Part shown: positions 1 through 11,771 of the stretch, piece after piece
How positions within the stretch are numbered: position 1 is the first letter of the stretch
Layout: each line of letters opens with the position of its first letter
Assembly: GCF_006345805.1 (NCBI RefSeq)
Contig: NC_042997.1
Location: 24,552,001-24,616,000, forward strand
Direction of reading: 5' to 3'
Length of the DNA stretch: 64,000 nucleotides
From: Octopus sinensis
Taxonomy: Eukaryota
Program-made: the position numbers and the translations under genes
The notes under the pieces: generated by a model
Told to the model about the DNA's origin: nothing
Databases searched by the model: none
Seen by the model: only the letters and a program-made list of their open reading frames with translations

Positions 1-496
1 ACTCAGAAATTCCCATCTACTCCCCTATCCTCCTCTCATCAGATTTTTGTTTCTAACTCCTAGGCCTTATATAAATCATTAGATCTTATTCTTACTTTTT
101 TCAGAAAATCCCGTTTCTAGAATTCCCTATCTGCTCAGGTCTTTCCTGTCGATATTGACTAATTCAAGAAGAATACTAATTTCATCGATCTCACCGGTGT
201 ATGAGACTCTGCAAAGGCGATGCCAACTGCACTTTTCTTCAGATCCAACAATTAAATGTGTGTGAGATATGTTAGAAACAAAATATAAAACTAATAGCGA
301 AAATACAAAAGTATGATGTTAGTTTTAGGCACTTATACACACACACACACACACACACACGCACAGGCACGCGCGCAAACACACACATACACACACATGT
401 ATATTCACACATAACAGACACAGAATTAGAAAGATATATATGTACTTATATAAATGTGTGTGTGCGAGATTGTGGTTTTCTTTTTTTTTTGTGTGT

Positions 497-824
497 GTGT
501 GTGTGAATGTATAGTGTAATAACCGCCAGATAGCATCTAGAAATTTTCCTTTCGAGGCACAAGTCCAGGCTAGGTTGTTTATGGAAGACCAACAGTCACC
601 CATCCATACAAGCTTCCTCTTTCTGCACCACTAATGTTATGCAAGGTAAAAGATAAATGATACAGCTTGGCACCAGTGACGTCGCAACTCATTTCTTCCG
701 TTGAGTAAACTGGAGCAACATGAAATAAAAGTGTTTTGCTCAGGAACACAATACACTACTCGGTCCGAGAATCGAACTCAGTATCTCCTGATTGAGGGCT
801 CGACGCTTTAACCACTAAGTCATC
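497..824 (-). mobile_element. tRNA-derived SINE, diverged family D-like copy
   Basis: Reverse complement shows A-box GACTTAGTGG, B-box GAGTTCGATTCT and then GTGTTCCTGAGCAAAACACT, homologous to copies at 23911-24100 and 36029-36278. The 3' boundary is approximate. Confidence 0.65.
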
Positions 825-842
825 ATGAATATTTGTCTAAAT

Positions 843-1422
843 AAGGTGGCGAGCTGGCAGAACCGTTAGCACACCGGGCGAAATGCTTAGCGGTATTTCG
901 TCTGCCGCTACGTTCTGAGTTCAAATTCCATCGAGGTCGACTTTGCCTTTCATCCTTTCGGGGTCGATTAAATAAGTACCAGTTACGCACTAGGGTCGAT
1001 ATAATCGACTTAATCCGTTTGTCTGTCCTTGTTTGTCCTCTATGTGTTTTGTTCCTTGTGGGTAATAAAGAAATAGGTATTTCGTCTGCCGTTACTTTCT
1101 GAGTTCAAATTCAATCGAGGTCGATTTTGCATTTCATCCTTTCGGGGTCGACAAATTAAGTACCAGTTACGCACTGGGATCAGTGTAATCGACTTAATCC
1201 GTGTGTCTGTCCTTGTTTGTTCCCTCTGTGTTTTGCCCCTTGTGGGTAGTAAAGAAATTGGTATTTCTTCTGTCTTTACGTTCTGATTTCAAATTCCGCC
1301 GAAGTCGACTTTGCTTTTTATCATTTCAGGGTCGATAAATTAAGTACCAGTTGCGCACTGAGGTCGATCTAATCGACTGGCCCCTCCCCCAAAATTTAGG
1401 GCCTTGTGCTTAAATTAGAAAG
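843..1422 (+). mobile_element. Family C SINE, trimeric (head plus three ~185-bp units plus terminal tail)
   Basis: Head GGCGAGCTGGCAGAA; unit GTATTTCGTC...GAGTTCAAATT...TTTCATCCTTTCGGGGTCGA...AAGTACCAG occurs three times. Decayed TSD GAATATTTnnnTAAAT at 827-842 and 1423-1438. Confidence 0.85.
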
Positions 1423-1650
1423 GAATATTTAAGTAAATTTAAGACTTTCAATTGCTTATATGCCATTTACTTCATGATCGTTTTCTCTTTTTCAAAAAAT
1501 CTCTCACTCTCTCTCTGTTCCGCTGATTGATTGATGGGCAACGCTTAGAAAGCAACATAGTAATTAGCAAAAGTCAAAATATAGAAAAAAATAATATTTT
1601 CTCCTGTTACCCACCTTCCATCATTATTCTACCACACTTTAATAGCATAT

Positions 1651-2031
1651 GTGGAGGCGCAATGGCCCAGTGGTTAGGGCAGCGGACTCGCGGTCGTAGG
1701 ATCGCGGTTTCGATTCCCAGATCGGGCGTTGTGAGTGTTTATTGAGCGAAAACACCTAAAAGCTCCACGAGGCTCCGGCAGGGGGGGTGGTGATCCCTGC
1801 TGTACTCTTTCACCACAACTTTCTCTTACTTCCTGTTTCTGTTGTACCTATATTTCAAAGGGCCGGCCTTGTCACTCTCTGTGTCACGCTGAATATCCCC
1901 GAGAACTACGTTAAAGGTACACGTGTCTGTGGAGTGCTCAGCCACTTACACGTTAATTTCATGAGCAGGCTGTTCCGTTGATCGGATCAACCGGAACCCT
2001 CGTCGTCGTAACCGACGGAGTGCTTCCATCC
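1651..2031 (+). mobile_element. Family A SINE (tRNA-Arg-like head), full length
   Basis: A-box TGGCCCAGTGG, B-box GGTTTCGATTCC; 10-bp TSD AATAGCATAT at 1641-1650 and 2032-2041; near-identical copies at 24472, 37595 and 60352. Confidence 0.92.
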
Positions 2032-3074
2032 AATAGCATATCACCTAGAAACTAAGAAGGAATCTTTTAATTTGTCTTCCTCTCTAGTGGAAGCAGCAGC
2101 GAAAGCCCTCGCACAAATCAGTCGAACATGTTAAGTACTTTAGGTTTCTCAATAGCTGGCGGTCTGCAACCCCTATGCTTTTTATTCTCTGCTTATCCTG
2201 TGTTTTGCTCAATAAAACATATCATAGTCTGACATTATCCTCTTATATTCTCATATATCTCTCAACAACAAGGAAATATAATTTCGAATAAACCTAAGCA
2301 ATTTATTTGCATTAATTTCGCTGACCTATGAGATAACAGAACTCAAAATACTTCCCGATCGCACGTATTCACTGTCACAAACCACATATTCGATCTCCCA
2401 AAATATAAAGAATGATTCTATGTATCGAAAATTCTCTAAGTTCCACATTATAAGATTTTGCTCTGTTGACCTTATACATAATTGTTAAGAAAACCTTTTA
2501 GCATTTCGAAATTTTATTAGGATAATATAAATGTTTATTATGAAAGAATATTTTGTTATGAAAACATTATAACCTTTCAATATATTATATGTGGTTATGT
2601 AGGCATTGCCAAATTTTGTTCTAAAGTCTATAAAATTGTGTTACGAATTCATTAAAAGAGTTATGAAGTTGATATATAATTTCGTTATGAAAATATTGTA
2701 AACTTATTGCAAAAAACATTATGATGTAAAACTTTGTTATTGAGGCAATCTAAAAACTTTGTAAGGAATAGATCATTGAATGAAATTTGGAAAACTTGTT
2801 CAATTTTGATATGAAAGATTGACAGATTTTTCATATTTTGTTATTAATGAAAGGACATTATAAAAATATATTTTATTACGTGATTTTGTAATTTAATCAT
2901 TATACCAGTTTATAAATAGGATAACTTCATATAAAATAGTCTTTTTCAACATTTGGCTACTTATATATATATTTATATAATTTTGTTATGAACATATAAT
3001 TATATTTATTTTTGAACACATATTTCGTTTACAAAACTTCAGTTTATTTTTTTGTCACAGTGAAAACTAAAAAC

Positions 3075-3104
3075 AGCAACAACAATAATAATTATTATTA
3101 TTAT

Positions 3105-3180
<76 letters not shown>

Positions 3181-3215
3181 GTAACAACAACAGCAATAAC
3201 AACAATAACAACACT
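3075..3215. repeat. Compound (AAC)n/(AAT)n microsatellite
   Basis: Read directly from sequence; explains ORFs 3012-3335. Confidence 0.95.
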
Positions 3216-3601
3216 GATATATGATAAAAAAATAATATTGTAAATAAACGGTGTGAAGTGACAATGAAAAGAACGAAAATTGCAAATGGTTTCAGCAAAA
3301 TCTGGAACAAAATAAAGACAAAAATACATTAACAAAATCTGCTTTAGTGTGAGGTAGGTTAATTTAACTTTATTGATGTCTCGGTGTTGTTGTTAGTATA
3401 GCATTAAATATATACATACTTTTATTTTTGTATTTCTTACACAAACTCATCTTACTTATTCTACATCCATTGTTATTGTTAGATTATTTGTTTACGATTT
3501 CTATATATTTACTTGAATCATTTGTTTGTTTGTATACTTGACTGTTGGTCGAGAGAGTGAAAGAGAGAAAGAAAGAAAGAAAGAGAAGTGAGAAGAAAGA
3601 G

Positions 3602-3655
<54 letters not shown>

Positions 3656-3906
3656 AAGCGCTAAACATTTCTTATTACCTAGTGAAGATTTCCATTAGAG
3701 CATCTGTGCTGTCTGGTCTTGTTTAAATCAGAAAAGATGTTTGTCTTCTTCAACAAATGTCATCTTAAACGCGAAGAAAAGCAAACAATCCAAATACGTC
3801 CTTATCAATATAAATGTGAGGGAGACTATTTCTGAGGCCCCGCACTCCCTACTTTCATTCTGTTTAGCTTTGTTTTACCCATGCCTTCTTTTATTCTCTC
3901 TCTCCA

Positions 3907-3938
<32 letters not shown>

Positions 3939-4085
3939 ATTGTTATTTTGTTTTCATTCTGGCCTATCTTTAAGTCTATCTCTAACAATTCTATCTTGAT
4001 GAATTGGTCGACACATATCATCCATAGCTATATCATTTTTCATTTCTTTCGTGAGGATTTTAAGAGGATGTCTATGTCAGTAACA

Positions 4086-4141
<56 letters not shown>

Positions 4142-4390
4142 AAGAGGGAGACATATAGAGATAGAGGGAGAACGAGGGTGTAGAGAACAAGGCAATAGAC
4201 AAGGCGTATATGTATACATGTATTTCGTTGTGTGTGTGTGTGTGTGTGTGTATAGTTATACTATGACGGAACGCGAGACACAAAAGAATGAGAAAGAAGG
4301 TGAACTAGACAAAAACAGGCTATATGTACGTGTATGTGTATAGGACTGTGAGTGTACGTGTGCATCTGTCTATGTGTGTTTATGTCTCTA

Positions 4391-4757
4391 TCTCTTTTAC
4401 TCTTTTACTTGTTTCAGTCATTTGACTGCGGCCATGCTGGAGCACCACCTTTTAGTACTTATTCTATCGGTCTCTTTTTGCCGAACCGCTAAGTGACGGG
4501 GACCTAAACACACCAGCATCGGTTGTCAAGCAATGCTAGGGGGACAAACACAGACACACAAACACACACACATATACATATATATACATATATACGACAG
4601 GCTTCTTTCAGTTTCCGTCTACCAAATCCACTCACAAGGCATTGGTCGGCCCGGGGCTATAGCAGAAGACACTTGCCCAAGATGTCACGCAGTGGGACTG
4701 AACCCGCAACCGTGTGGTTGGTTAGCAAGCTACTTACCACACAGCCACTCCTGCGCC
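4391..4757 (-). mobile_element. Family B SINE (tRNA head, CORE-like segment, internal microsatellite) with small internal deletion
   Basis: Reverse complement GCGCAGGAGTGGCTGTGTGG...GGGTTCAGTCCC...CTTGGGCAAGTGTCTT; tail (GAGTAAAA)n. Confidence 0.9.
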
Positions 4758-5129
4758 TATGTGTAGATATATATATATATGAGTATTTCAGTTTGCATTT
4801 CAACTAAAAATATCTTACAAAATTCCCTTCATCCCTCGAGGCGCTGAATTTTGATATCACTGGGAGCGACTTTGCCTTTCGTTCATAAATGTGTCGATAA
4901 AATAAATTGATAAAATTCACAAGGGTGAAATAAATCAAAATAAATATCGATCTCGAAATTCAAACTTCTTTAATTCTCTTTAGCATAGAAAGAACACCCA
5001 TGTGGAGCGGGAACAGTGTTATCTCTTTGATTCCAAGTTAAAATTTCTTTAGCCGGGGCCAAAATTGAGATATGAATAGAATATTAGTTACTGAATGAAA
5101 AATCACTTAAATCTTTAGATCGCATCCAT

Positions 5130-5450
5130 GGGTGGCTTGTTAGGAATTTAGCTCTCCAGTCATGTGATGTATGGTTCGATCTGATTGTTCAGCACGTTAA
5201 CTTTATCTATTTCTTTACTATCCCCAAGGGTAGTAAAGAGAGGGACAAACAAGGACAGACAAACGGATTAAGTCGATTATATCGACCCCAGTGTGTAACT
5301 ACTACTTATTTAATCGACCCCGAAAGGATGAAAGGCAAAGTCGACCTCGGCGGAATTTGAACTCAGAACGTAAAGACGTTGACTTTATCAAGGTTTTACG
5401 AGCGAAGTTTGGCAGAAGATGGACTCTGTTCAGAAATCCGTCATGTACGT
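5130..5450 (+). mobile_element. Old diverged SINE interrupted by a family C monomer
   Basis: Degenerate A-box GGTGGCTTGTTAGG and B-box GGTTCGATCT; sequence resumes after the TSD at 5389. Confidence 0.4.
5208..5375 (-). mobile_element. Family C SINE, 5'-truncated monomer
   Basis: Single unit ending in the ...AAAGAAATAG tail; 14-bp TSD ACGTT(A/G)ACTTTATC at 5194-5207 and 5376-5389. Confidence 0.88.
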
Positions 5451-5464
5451 TTAACTAAGTGGCA

Positions 5465-5680
5465 CTAAGTCACTTACGTTATTCTCAAGGAGATTCAGTG
5501 TGACACACAGAATGTGACAAAGGTTGTTCCTTTCAAATACGAGTACTACTCATTTTTGCCTGTAGAATGGAATGGAGCAACGTGAAGTAAGTGTTTTGCT
5601 CAAACACCCAAAGTGCAGCCAGTAACCAAACCCCTGATCTGACGATCGTGAGTCGAACACCCTAACTACTAAGGCACACG
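5465..5680 (-). mobile_element. Diverged A/D-type SINE
   Basis: Reverse complement has TAGTAGTTAGGGTGTTCGACTCACGATCGTCAGATC head and TTTGAGCAAAACACTTACTTCACGTTGCTCCA as in family D. Confidence 0.55.
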
Positions 5681-5740
5681 TTTATGTGTATTTGAGCATA
5701 TTTAAGTTGCTCAGATATTCCTTTGCTGCTTTTGCCATCA

Positions 5741-5857
5741 GTGAGAGGAGGAGACGGGGTTAGAGTTCACGCTGTTGCTTTTCTGGTCTTGTCGGTGGTG
5801 TTGGTGGTGGTGGTGTTGTTGGAAACTAGATACTCTATAAGCTTCATTCGAGGAAAC
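5741..5857 (+). repeat. Local bipartite copy of 7291-~7372 joined to 7526-7562
   Basis: Near-identical matches to both donor segments; TTGG microhomology at the join. Confidence 0.85.
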
Positions 5858-6243
5858 AAATGACAGTTATAGATCAAGTTCCATCAGCGCTAATTTTCCT
5901 AAAATGCATGATAGATAATAAAACAGAAACCAACTTTAAAACTATTAAAATAATGATGTATCGATCTTTCTTAGAATTACATAAATCAGGAGGGTAGTTA
6001 TGCATTTCCTTTTTCTTTTCTTTTCTTTATCTTCTCATGGATCGAAAGTACATGAAAATTTTCATCCCTATTGTGGCAATATTTACAATATTCATAAAAC
6101 TTAATAATATTCACAAAATGTAATATTGACATCACAAATTCTACGTTGTATTCTCTTGAAATAAAGTGATGTACTGATAAATTTCAAAATTTCCATTGAA
6201 AAGGATTTTCTAAGACTCATTAATTCATGTACTAAAGAATACC

Positions 6244-6661
6244 TATTTCTTTACTACCCACAAGGGGCTAAACACAGAAGGGAGAAACATAGACAGACAA
6301 ACAGATTAAGTCGATTATATTAACCCCAGTGCGTAACTGGTACTTATTTAATCGACCCCGAAAGGATGAAAGGCAAAGTCGACCTCGGGGGAATTTGAAC
6401 TCAGAACGTATCAGTAGACGAAATACCTATTTCTTTATTACCCACAAGGGGCTAAACATAGATGGGACAAACATGGACAGACATAGGTATTAAGTCGATT
6501 ATATCGACCCCAGTGCTTAACTGGTACTTAATTTATCGACCCCGAAAGGATGAAAGGCAAAGTCGACCTCGGGGCAATTTGAACTCAGAACGTAGCGGTA
6601 GACGAAATACCGCTAAGCATTTCGCCCGGCGTGCTAACTATTCTGCTAGCTCGCCGCCTTC
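6244..6661 (-). mobile_element. Family C SINE, dimer
   Basis: Head plus two units; perfect 13-bp TSD ACTAAAGAATACC at 6231-6243 and 6662-6674. Confidence 0.9.
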
Positions 6662-7225
6662 ACTAAAGAATACCAAAAGCAGTTCATGGCTGATAGCGGT
6701 CAACTGCCTTGTAGCAACTCATACCAGAAAAGAAGAACTATAATTGCAATAGGCCACTAAGAATTTATCCATCGTTATTGATGTTCTTGTTGCTATTGCT
6801 ACTGTTTAGACCTGGACTGTCTGTGGCTAAGTAAATCTATGATCTGAAACATTCCAAGTAGTTCTATGCTGACTGTATTTTGGGCATTGTGTATCTAGAT
6901 TAGCATAAAATTACATTCTTTCATTTTGATAAGATGGTGTGTTATAAGTTGACGAAACGAAAGTTACTCTTTGTAGCAAAACTGCCTGCATGTTGAACTT
7001 CCATTGCTGTCGCTTAAATCTCTTGTAAGCTGTTGTCGATTAAATACTATTTTAAAAGGTCATCTAAGAGGGATATTGCTTGGGTATAGATATAATTTTA
7101 TACTGGTGAGACAATTCGAACTGCGGACCTTTCAACTAGTAGTTTCACGCCAGATCATCTCAGACACGGCTTCATTCTTTACTGATAAAAAAAAAAATTA
7201 GAAAGATAGAATGAAATATTAAATG

Positions 7226-7273
<48 letters not shown>

Positions 7274-7393
7274 GTGGAGGTACAGGGAAAGTGAGAGGAG
7301 GAGACGGGGTTAGAGTTCACGCTGTTGCTTTTCTGGTCTTGTCGGTGGTGTTGGTGGTGGTGTTGTTGTTGTTGGTGGTGGTGGTGTTGGTGG

Positions 7394-7433
<40 letters not shown>

Positions 7434-7689
7434 AGAAATGTCAACAAGACTTGGACGATGCGTCAGTCAGGATCGAAATCCTCAAAGTTTTATACAGAAA
7501 CAACACCACAATAATCCGCTCATTTGGAAACTAGATACTCTATAAGCTTCATTCGAGGAAACCTTTCGGACGTTTCCTTCCTTTTCTGTTCCCTACGCCC
7601 CACCACCCATACTAAATAACTAAGACAAGGCCGCCATAGCTGTCACCATTACCACAATCCTCAGCAATATCAACACAAAGTTACCCCAA

Positions 7690-7862
7690 ACACCACCACC
7701 ACCACCACCACCACCACCACCACCACCACTAACCACCACCACCACCACCACCACCACACCACCACCACCACCACCACCACCACCACCACCACCACCACCA
7801 CCACCACCACCACCACCACCACCACCACCACCACCCACCACCACCACCACTACTACTACTAC
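7690..7862. repeat. (ACC)n microsatellite
   Basis: Read directly from sequence. Confidence 0.95.
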
Positions 7863-7999
7863 TATAAATTTTGGTGTTACTGCTGCTGTTGCTATGGCCG
7901 CTATTGCTGCTGTCACCTCTAATAAGAGTTTCCTGTTGGGATATCCTAAGCTGTCACTCGACCAAAAATGTTTTTTGTTGCTTCATACAGTGTCTCTGG

Positions 8000-8067
8000 A
8001 TGTGTGTGTGTGTGGTGTGTGTGTGTGTGTGTGTGTGTCTATGTATGATTGTGTGTTTCTATGTATA

Positions 8068-8101
<34 letters not shown>

Positions 8102-8237
8102 TATGTATGATTGTGTGTTTCTATGTATATGCGTGTGTGTGTGTGTGTGTGTGTCTATGTATGATTGTGTGTTTCTATGTATATGCGTGTGTGTGTGTGC
8201 GTGTGTGTCTATGTATGATTGTGTGTTTCTATGTATA

Positions 8238-8287
<50 letters not shown>

Positions 8288-8338
8288 TATGTATGATTGT
8301 GTGTTTCTATGTATATGCGTGTGTGTGTGTGTGCGTGT
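8000..8338. repeat. Minisatellite: TCTATGTATGATTGTGTGTTTCTATGTATATGC separated by variable (GT)n, five copies
   Basis: Identical 33-bp cores at about 8038, 8100, 8154, 8208 and 8286. Confidence 0.9.
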
Positions 8339-8553
8339 GATATGTCAACAAATACGGAAATGAAGAAAATATAGCAACAAGCAAATCGAATTTTGTAAAT
8401 GGAACAAAAAAAAAACGGATATTAATCATGACCATAGTAATTTTTTAAAAAATTAAATGCACCTCGTACAGCTAGTTTATATCATTTTGAAATAAAATCA
8501 AATTGTGGAGATCAACAGATTTCAGCTAGTGTTTTGTAAGTTTATACTAAGAA

Positions 8554-8930
8554 GCGTAGGAGTGGCTGTGTGGTTAGTAGCTTGCTTAGCAACCACATGG
8601 TTCCGGGTACAGTCCCACTGCGTGGCACCTTGGGCAAGTGCCTTTTATTATAGCCTCGGGCCGACCAAAGCCTTGTGAGTGGATTTGGTAGACGGAAACT
8701 GAAAGAAGCCCGTCGTATATATATATGTATGTATATATATATATATGTATATGTGTGTGTGTATGTTTTTGTGTCTATGTTTGTCCCTCAACATCGCTTG
8801 ACAACCGATGCTGGTGTGTTTACGTCCCTGTAACTTGGCGATTCAAAGAATAAGTCATGGGGTCGATTTGCTCGACCAAAAGTAGTGCACCAGCATGGCC
8901 GCAGTCAAATGACTCAAACAAATAAAAGAG
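8554..8930 (+). mobile_element. Family B SINE
   Basis: Head GCGTAGGAGTGGCTGTGTGG, CORE-like CCTTGGGCAAGTG, tail CCAGCATGGCCGCAGTCAAATGAC. Confidence 0.9.
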
Positions 8931-8975
8931 TATAATTAGACTATATCTATCTCTCTATCTCTCTATCTTTCTATC

Positions 8976-9035
<60 letters not shown>

Positions 9036-9275
9036 GAGAGGAGGTACGACGCCGATCTTGGGGCGAACCTCGGCGTCGACGAGGTATACCTGACCCGCCT
9101 GTTCAAGACGACTTTCGGGCTAGGACCTAACTTCCAGAGATCCCTGGCCTGGCAGTGCTATCGAGAAGCGCTACCCGTTCGGGATAAGCTTTATAGGAAT
9201 GGCTCGAGAAACACGAGGCCGACGTGTCCGAGATGCTGTCCAAGAAGGACGAAACCGTCCTGCTCGCACTCGTTC
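9036..9275 (+). mobile_element. L1/Tx1-clade LINE ORF2 C-terminal (zf-RVT) fragment
   Basis: Translates ERRYDADLGANLGVDEVYLTRLFKTTFG...FQRSLAWQCYREALPVRDKLYRNG...TCPRC, then a frameshift to ETVL-ALV, matching the CCHC knuckle region. Abuts (TCTA)n. Confidence 0.75.
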
Positions 9276-9519
9276 CAACGATTCTGCAAGCTCATCGCCT
9301 TACTGTACTCCAAATTATTTAAAATTTGAAAGGTTGTTGGATAGTTTGTATATAATTTAGGGCTTGTAAATTGAATTTGCTTATAAGCAAATATTTGGTG
9401 TATAGGTATCGTATTCGTTCAGAATTTCTAGTTTCGTGTATAATTTATCAGAAGGGTAACTGGAAATCAATATTAGACTGTTGAATATGAAATGATATAT
9501 CATCACCTGTAATTTTTAA

Positions 9520-10830
9520 AAATCCTAAATAAATTACATTTAAATTAATACACATCGTAGTGATGAAATGGTAATTTTTAGTATCACGAGAATGGCTCCT
9601 TCTTCGCTAACCTAGTCAAGATGTATCTAAAAATTAGTCTTTATTGTAAGGTACGAGAAAATTACGGAAACCCATTCCCTCTCAACAGTGAAAATAACTG
9701 GAAGAATTATCTGGATGACTATTTCCCTCTTTGGCATGAAAGTATAGAGAGACTTAAAGAATTCCAAGCACTTATAACTGGACTTGACGTAAACATTCAA
9801 TTTACGATGGTATATAGCCGTCAACAACTTCCATTCCTCAACATCCTCATTAAGAAAATAGAAACATATATATACTATAAGCCCACGGACTCTATGCAAT
9901 ATCTACCGTTCAACTCATGCCACACCAGACACACTAGAATGAATATCCCTTTCAACCTAGCAAAAAGAATTTCTGCTATAGTTTCTAATAGAAGCACCAG
10001 AGACACACGACTACATGAACTGAAGGATGCACTCATTACCAGGGACTATCCACTATCACTAATTGATATAGGCTTTCAACGTACCCTACAACTCAACATC
10101 CACGAACTCAGGCATCCCAAATTAAAAAAGGATTTACAACCAAAAGCCCTACCATACATCTCCACACACAACCCCCTTAACAATGAAGCCTTCGACACCA
10201 TCCTCCAGAATATTCCCCTACTAAAAAGGGACCACAGAATGAATTTAATCCTGAAAACGCACACCATTATAAAAAGCAAGAGACAGTCAAAATCTATGAA
10301 AAGTCGAGTGTACATAAGCCCAAGTACGCTCAAGTGTTGTCGTACTCAATTGTTGTCGTAATGTCGTACAATCCCAATTGTTGTCGAGCGTACTCGGGCT
10401 TGTGTACGCTCGACAACAACACTGAAGCCGCCAGTAAAAAACATGCGGAAGACCTAACTGCGGTATATGCGTCAACCTAATTGAGGGATCGGAGTAATCT
10501 TTCAAGCAGGGTCAACATTTTACAGTGAAAAACTACTTCACATGTGCTTCGGAGAACCTAATATATGTATTAACTTGCTCTGGCTGTCGAGAGCAATACA
10601 TAGGCCAAAAAGACCCCAGTCTGCATTAAAAGATGGCTCTACATAGTCCCAGATCAAAATTTAGGATTACAGACAAATAGCATTCAGCGAACACACCAGC
10701 ATTTACGCCACTAAGAAACAACACAGCTTCAGAATTTTTCCCCTCTATCAATTCAAGGACGATGCAGCCTATAGTCAGCGCATTTGCAAAGAGTCTTTTA
10801 TCGCAAAATATAAACCCCTTTTATAATAAT
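9520..10830 (+). mobile_element. Penelope-like element remnant (RT core/thumb, Cys linker, GIY-YIG endonuclease), Neptune/Poseidon type
   Basis: ORF 9621-10361 has YLDD (9708-9719), YKPTDSMQYLPFNSCH and NIPFNLAKRI. Then KTCGRPNCGICVNL and TCASENLIYVLTCSGCREQYIG (10555-10605). Stops and frameshifts present. Confidence 0.88.
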
Positions 10831-11402
10831 AATGACATTATTGTATACAGTGCTCAGGTGCACCACAATGCGTCCACCAGAAATGACACTATTGCAAGGG
10901 CCTTAGAATAATAGCCACGTAAATATTAAAAATGATATATTCAGAACAGTCATTACCTATGAATTTATTCAGAACATTTCTAATCACTACTATTACAAGC
11001 ACAACTGGTCACTTTTAGGTCACTTGACCATTTAAGAAGAATTCACCAACGTCCAACTACTGTCATACCACTCACGCATTTCTTCTTCTTCTTCTTCTTC
11101 TTCTTCTTCTTCTTCTTCTTCTTCTTCTTCTTCTTCTTCTTCTTCTTCATCGACGCCTTTCTCAGCTACTATTGCTACTTAAACAATCAGAGCCAAGAAC
11201 TTATATCAAATATTAGGACTACTACTACTTGCTACCCGCTACCAAGATCTCACATGAGTAAAAAAGAGAGACAGAGACAGAGAGAAAAAAAAGAAAATAT
11301 CCCTTGCATTTAAAAACTACGGAAAATATCTTTAAAAACTTTTCATTTAATTTTCCCACAATTCATTTGTTTTCCATGCTTCACGCCATGTGTGTGTGTG
11401 TG

Positions 11403-11456
<54 letters not shown>

Positions 11457-11699
11457 GTGAAATTTGAAATATATTAAACTACATAATTTCTAGCCTAGCG
11501 CGTTGAGAATTTTATATTTTGTCTGCTGAGCTCAGTCTATAGTGAGCTGTGTTTTATGTGATGATCCAAAAAGATTAGTTTTGGAAATATATTTTAAAAA
11601 ATGGATCATACTTGTGACATTTTGTGTAAGCTCTTGAGAAAAAATAGAAAAAGAAGGCAATAGAAAGTGGAAGAACTAGATAGGTAAATAGAAAGATAA

Positions 11700-11769
<70 letters not shown>

Positions 11770-11771
<2 letters not shown>

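Noticed and set aside
843-1422. Regularly repeated units (also 8000-8338) as CRISPR arrays
   Set aside because: Eukaryotic context, no unique spacers and no cas genes.
1651-1725. tRNA-like heads of SINEs as tRNA genes
   Set aside because: A and B boxes are present but acceptor and anticodon stems do not close, and each head continues into a conserved SINE body.
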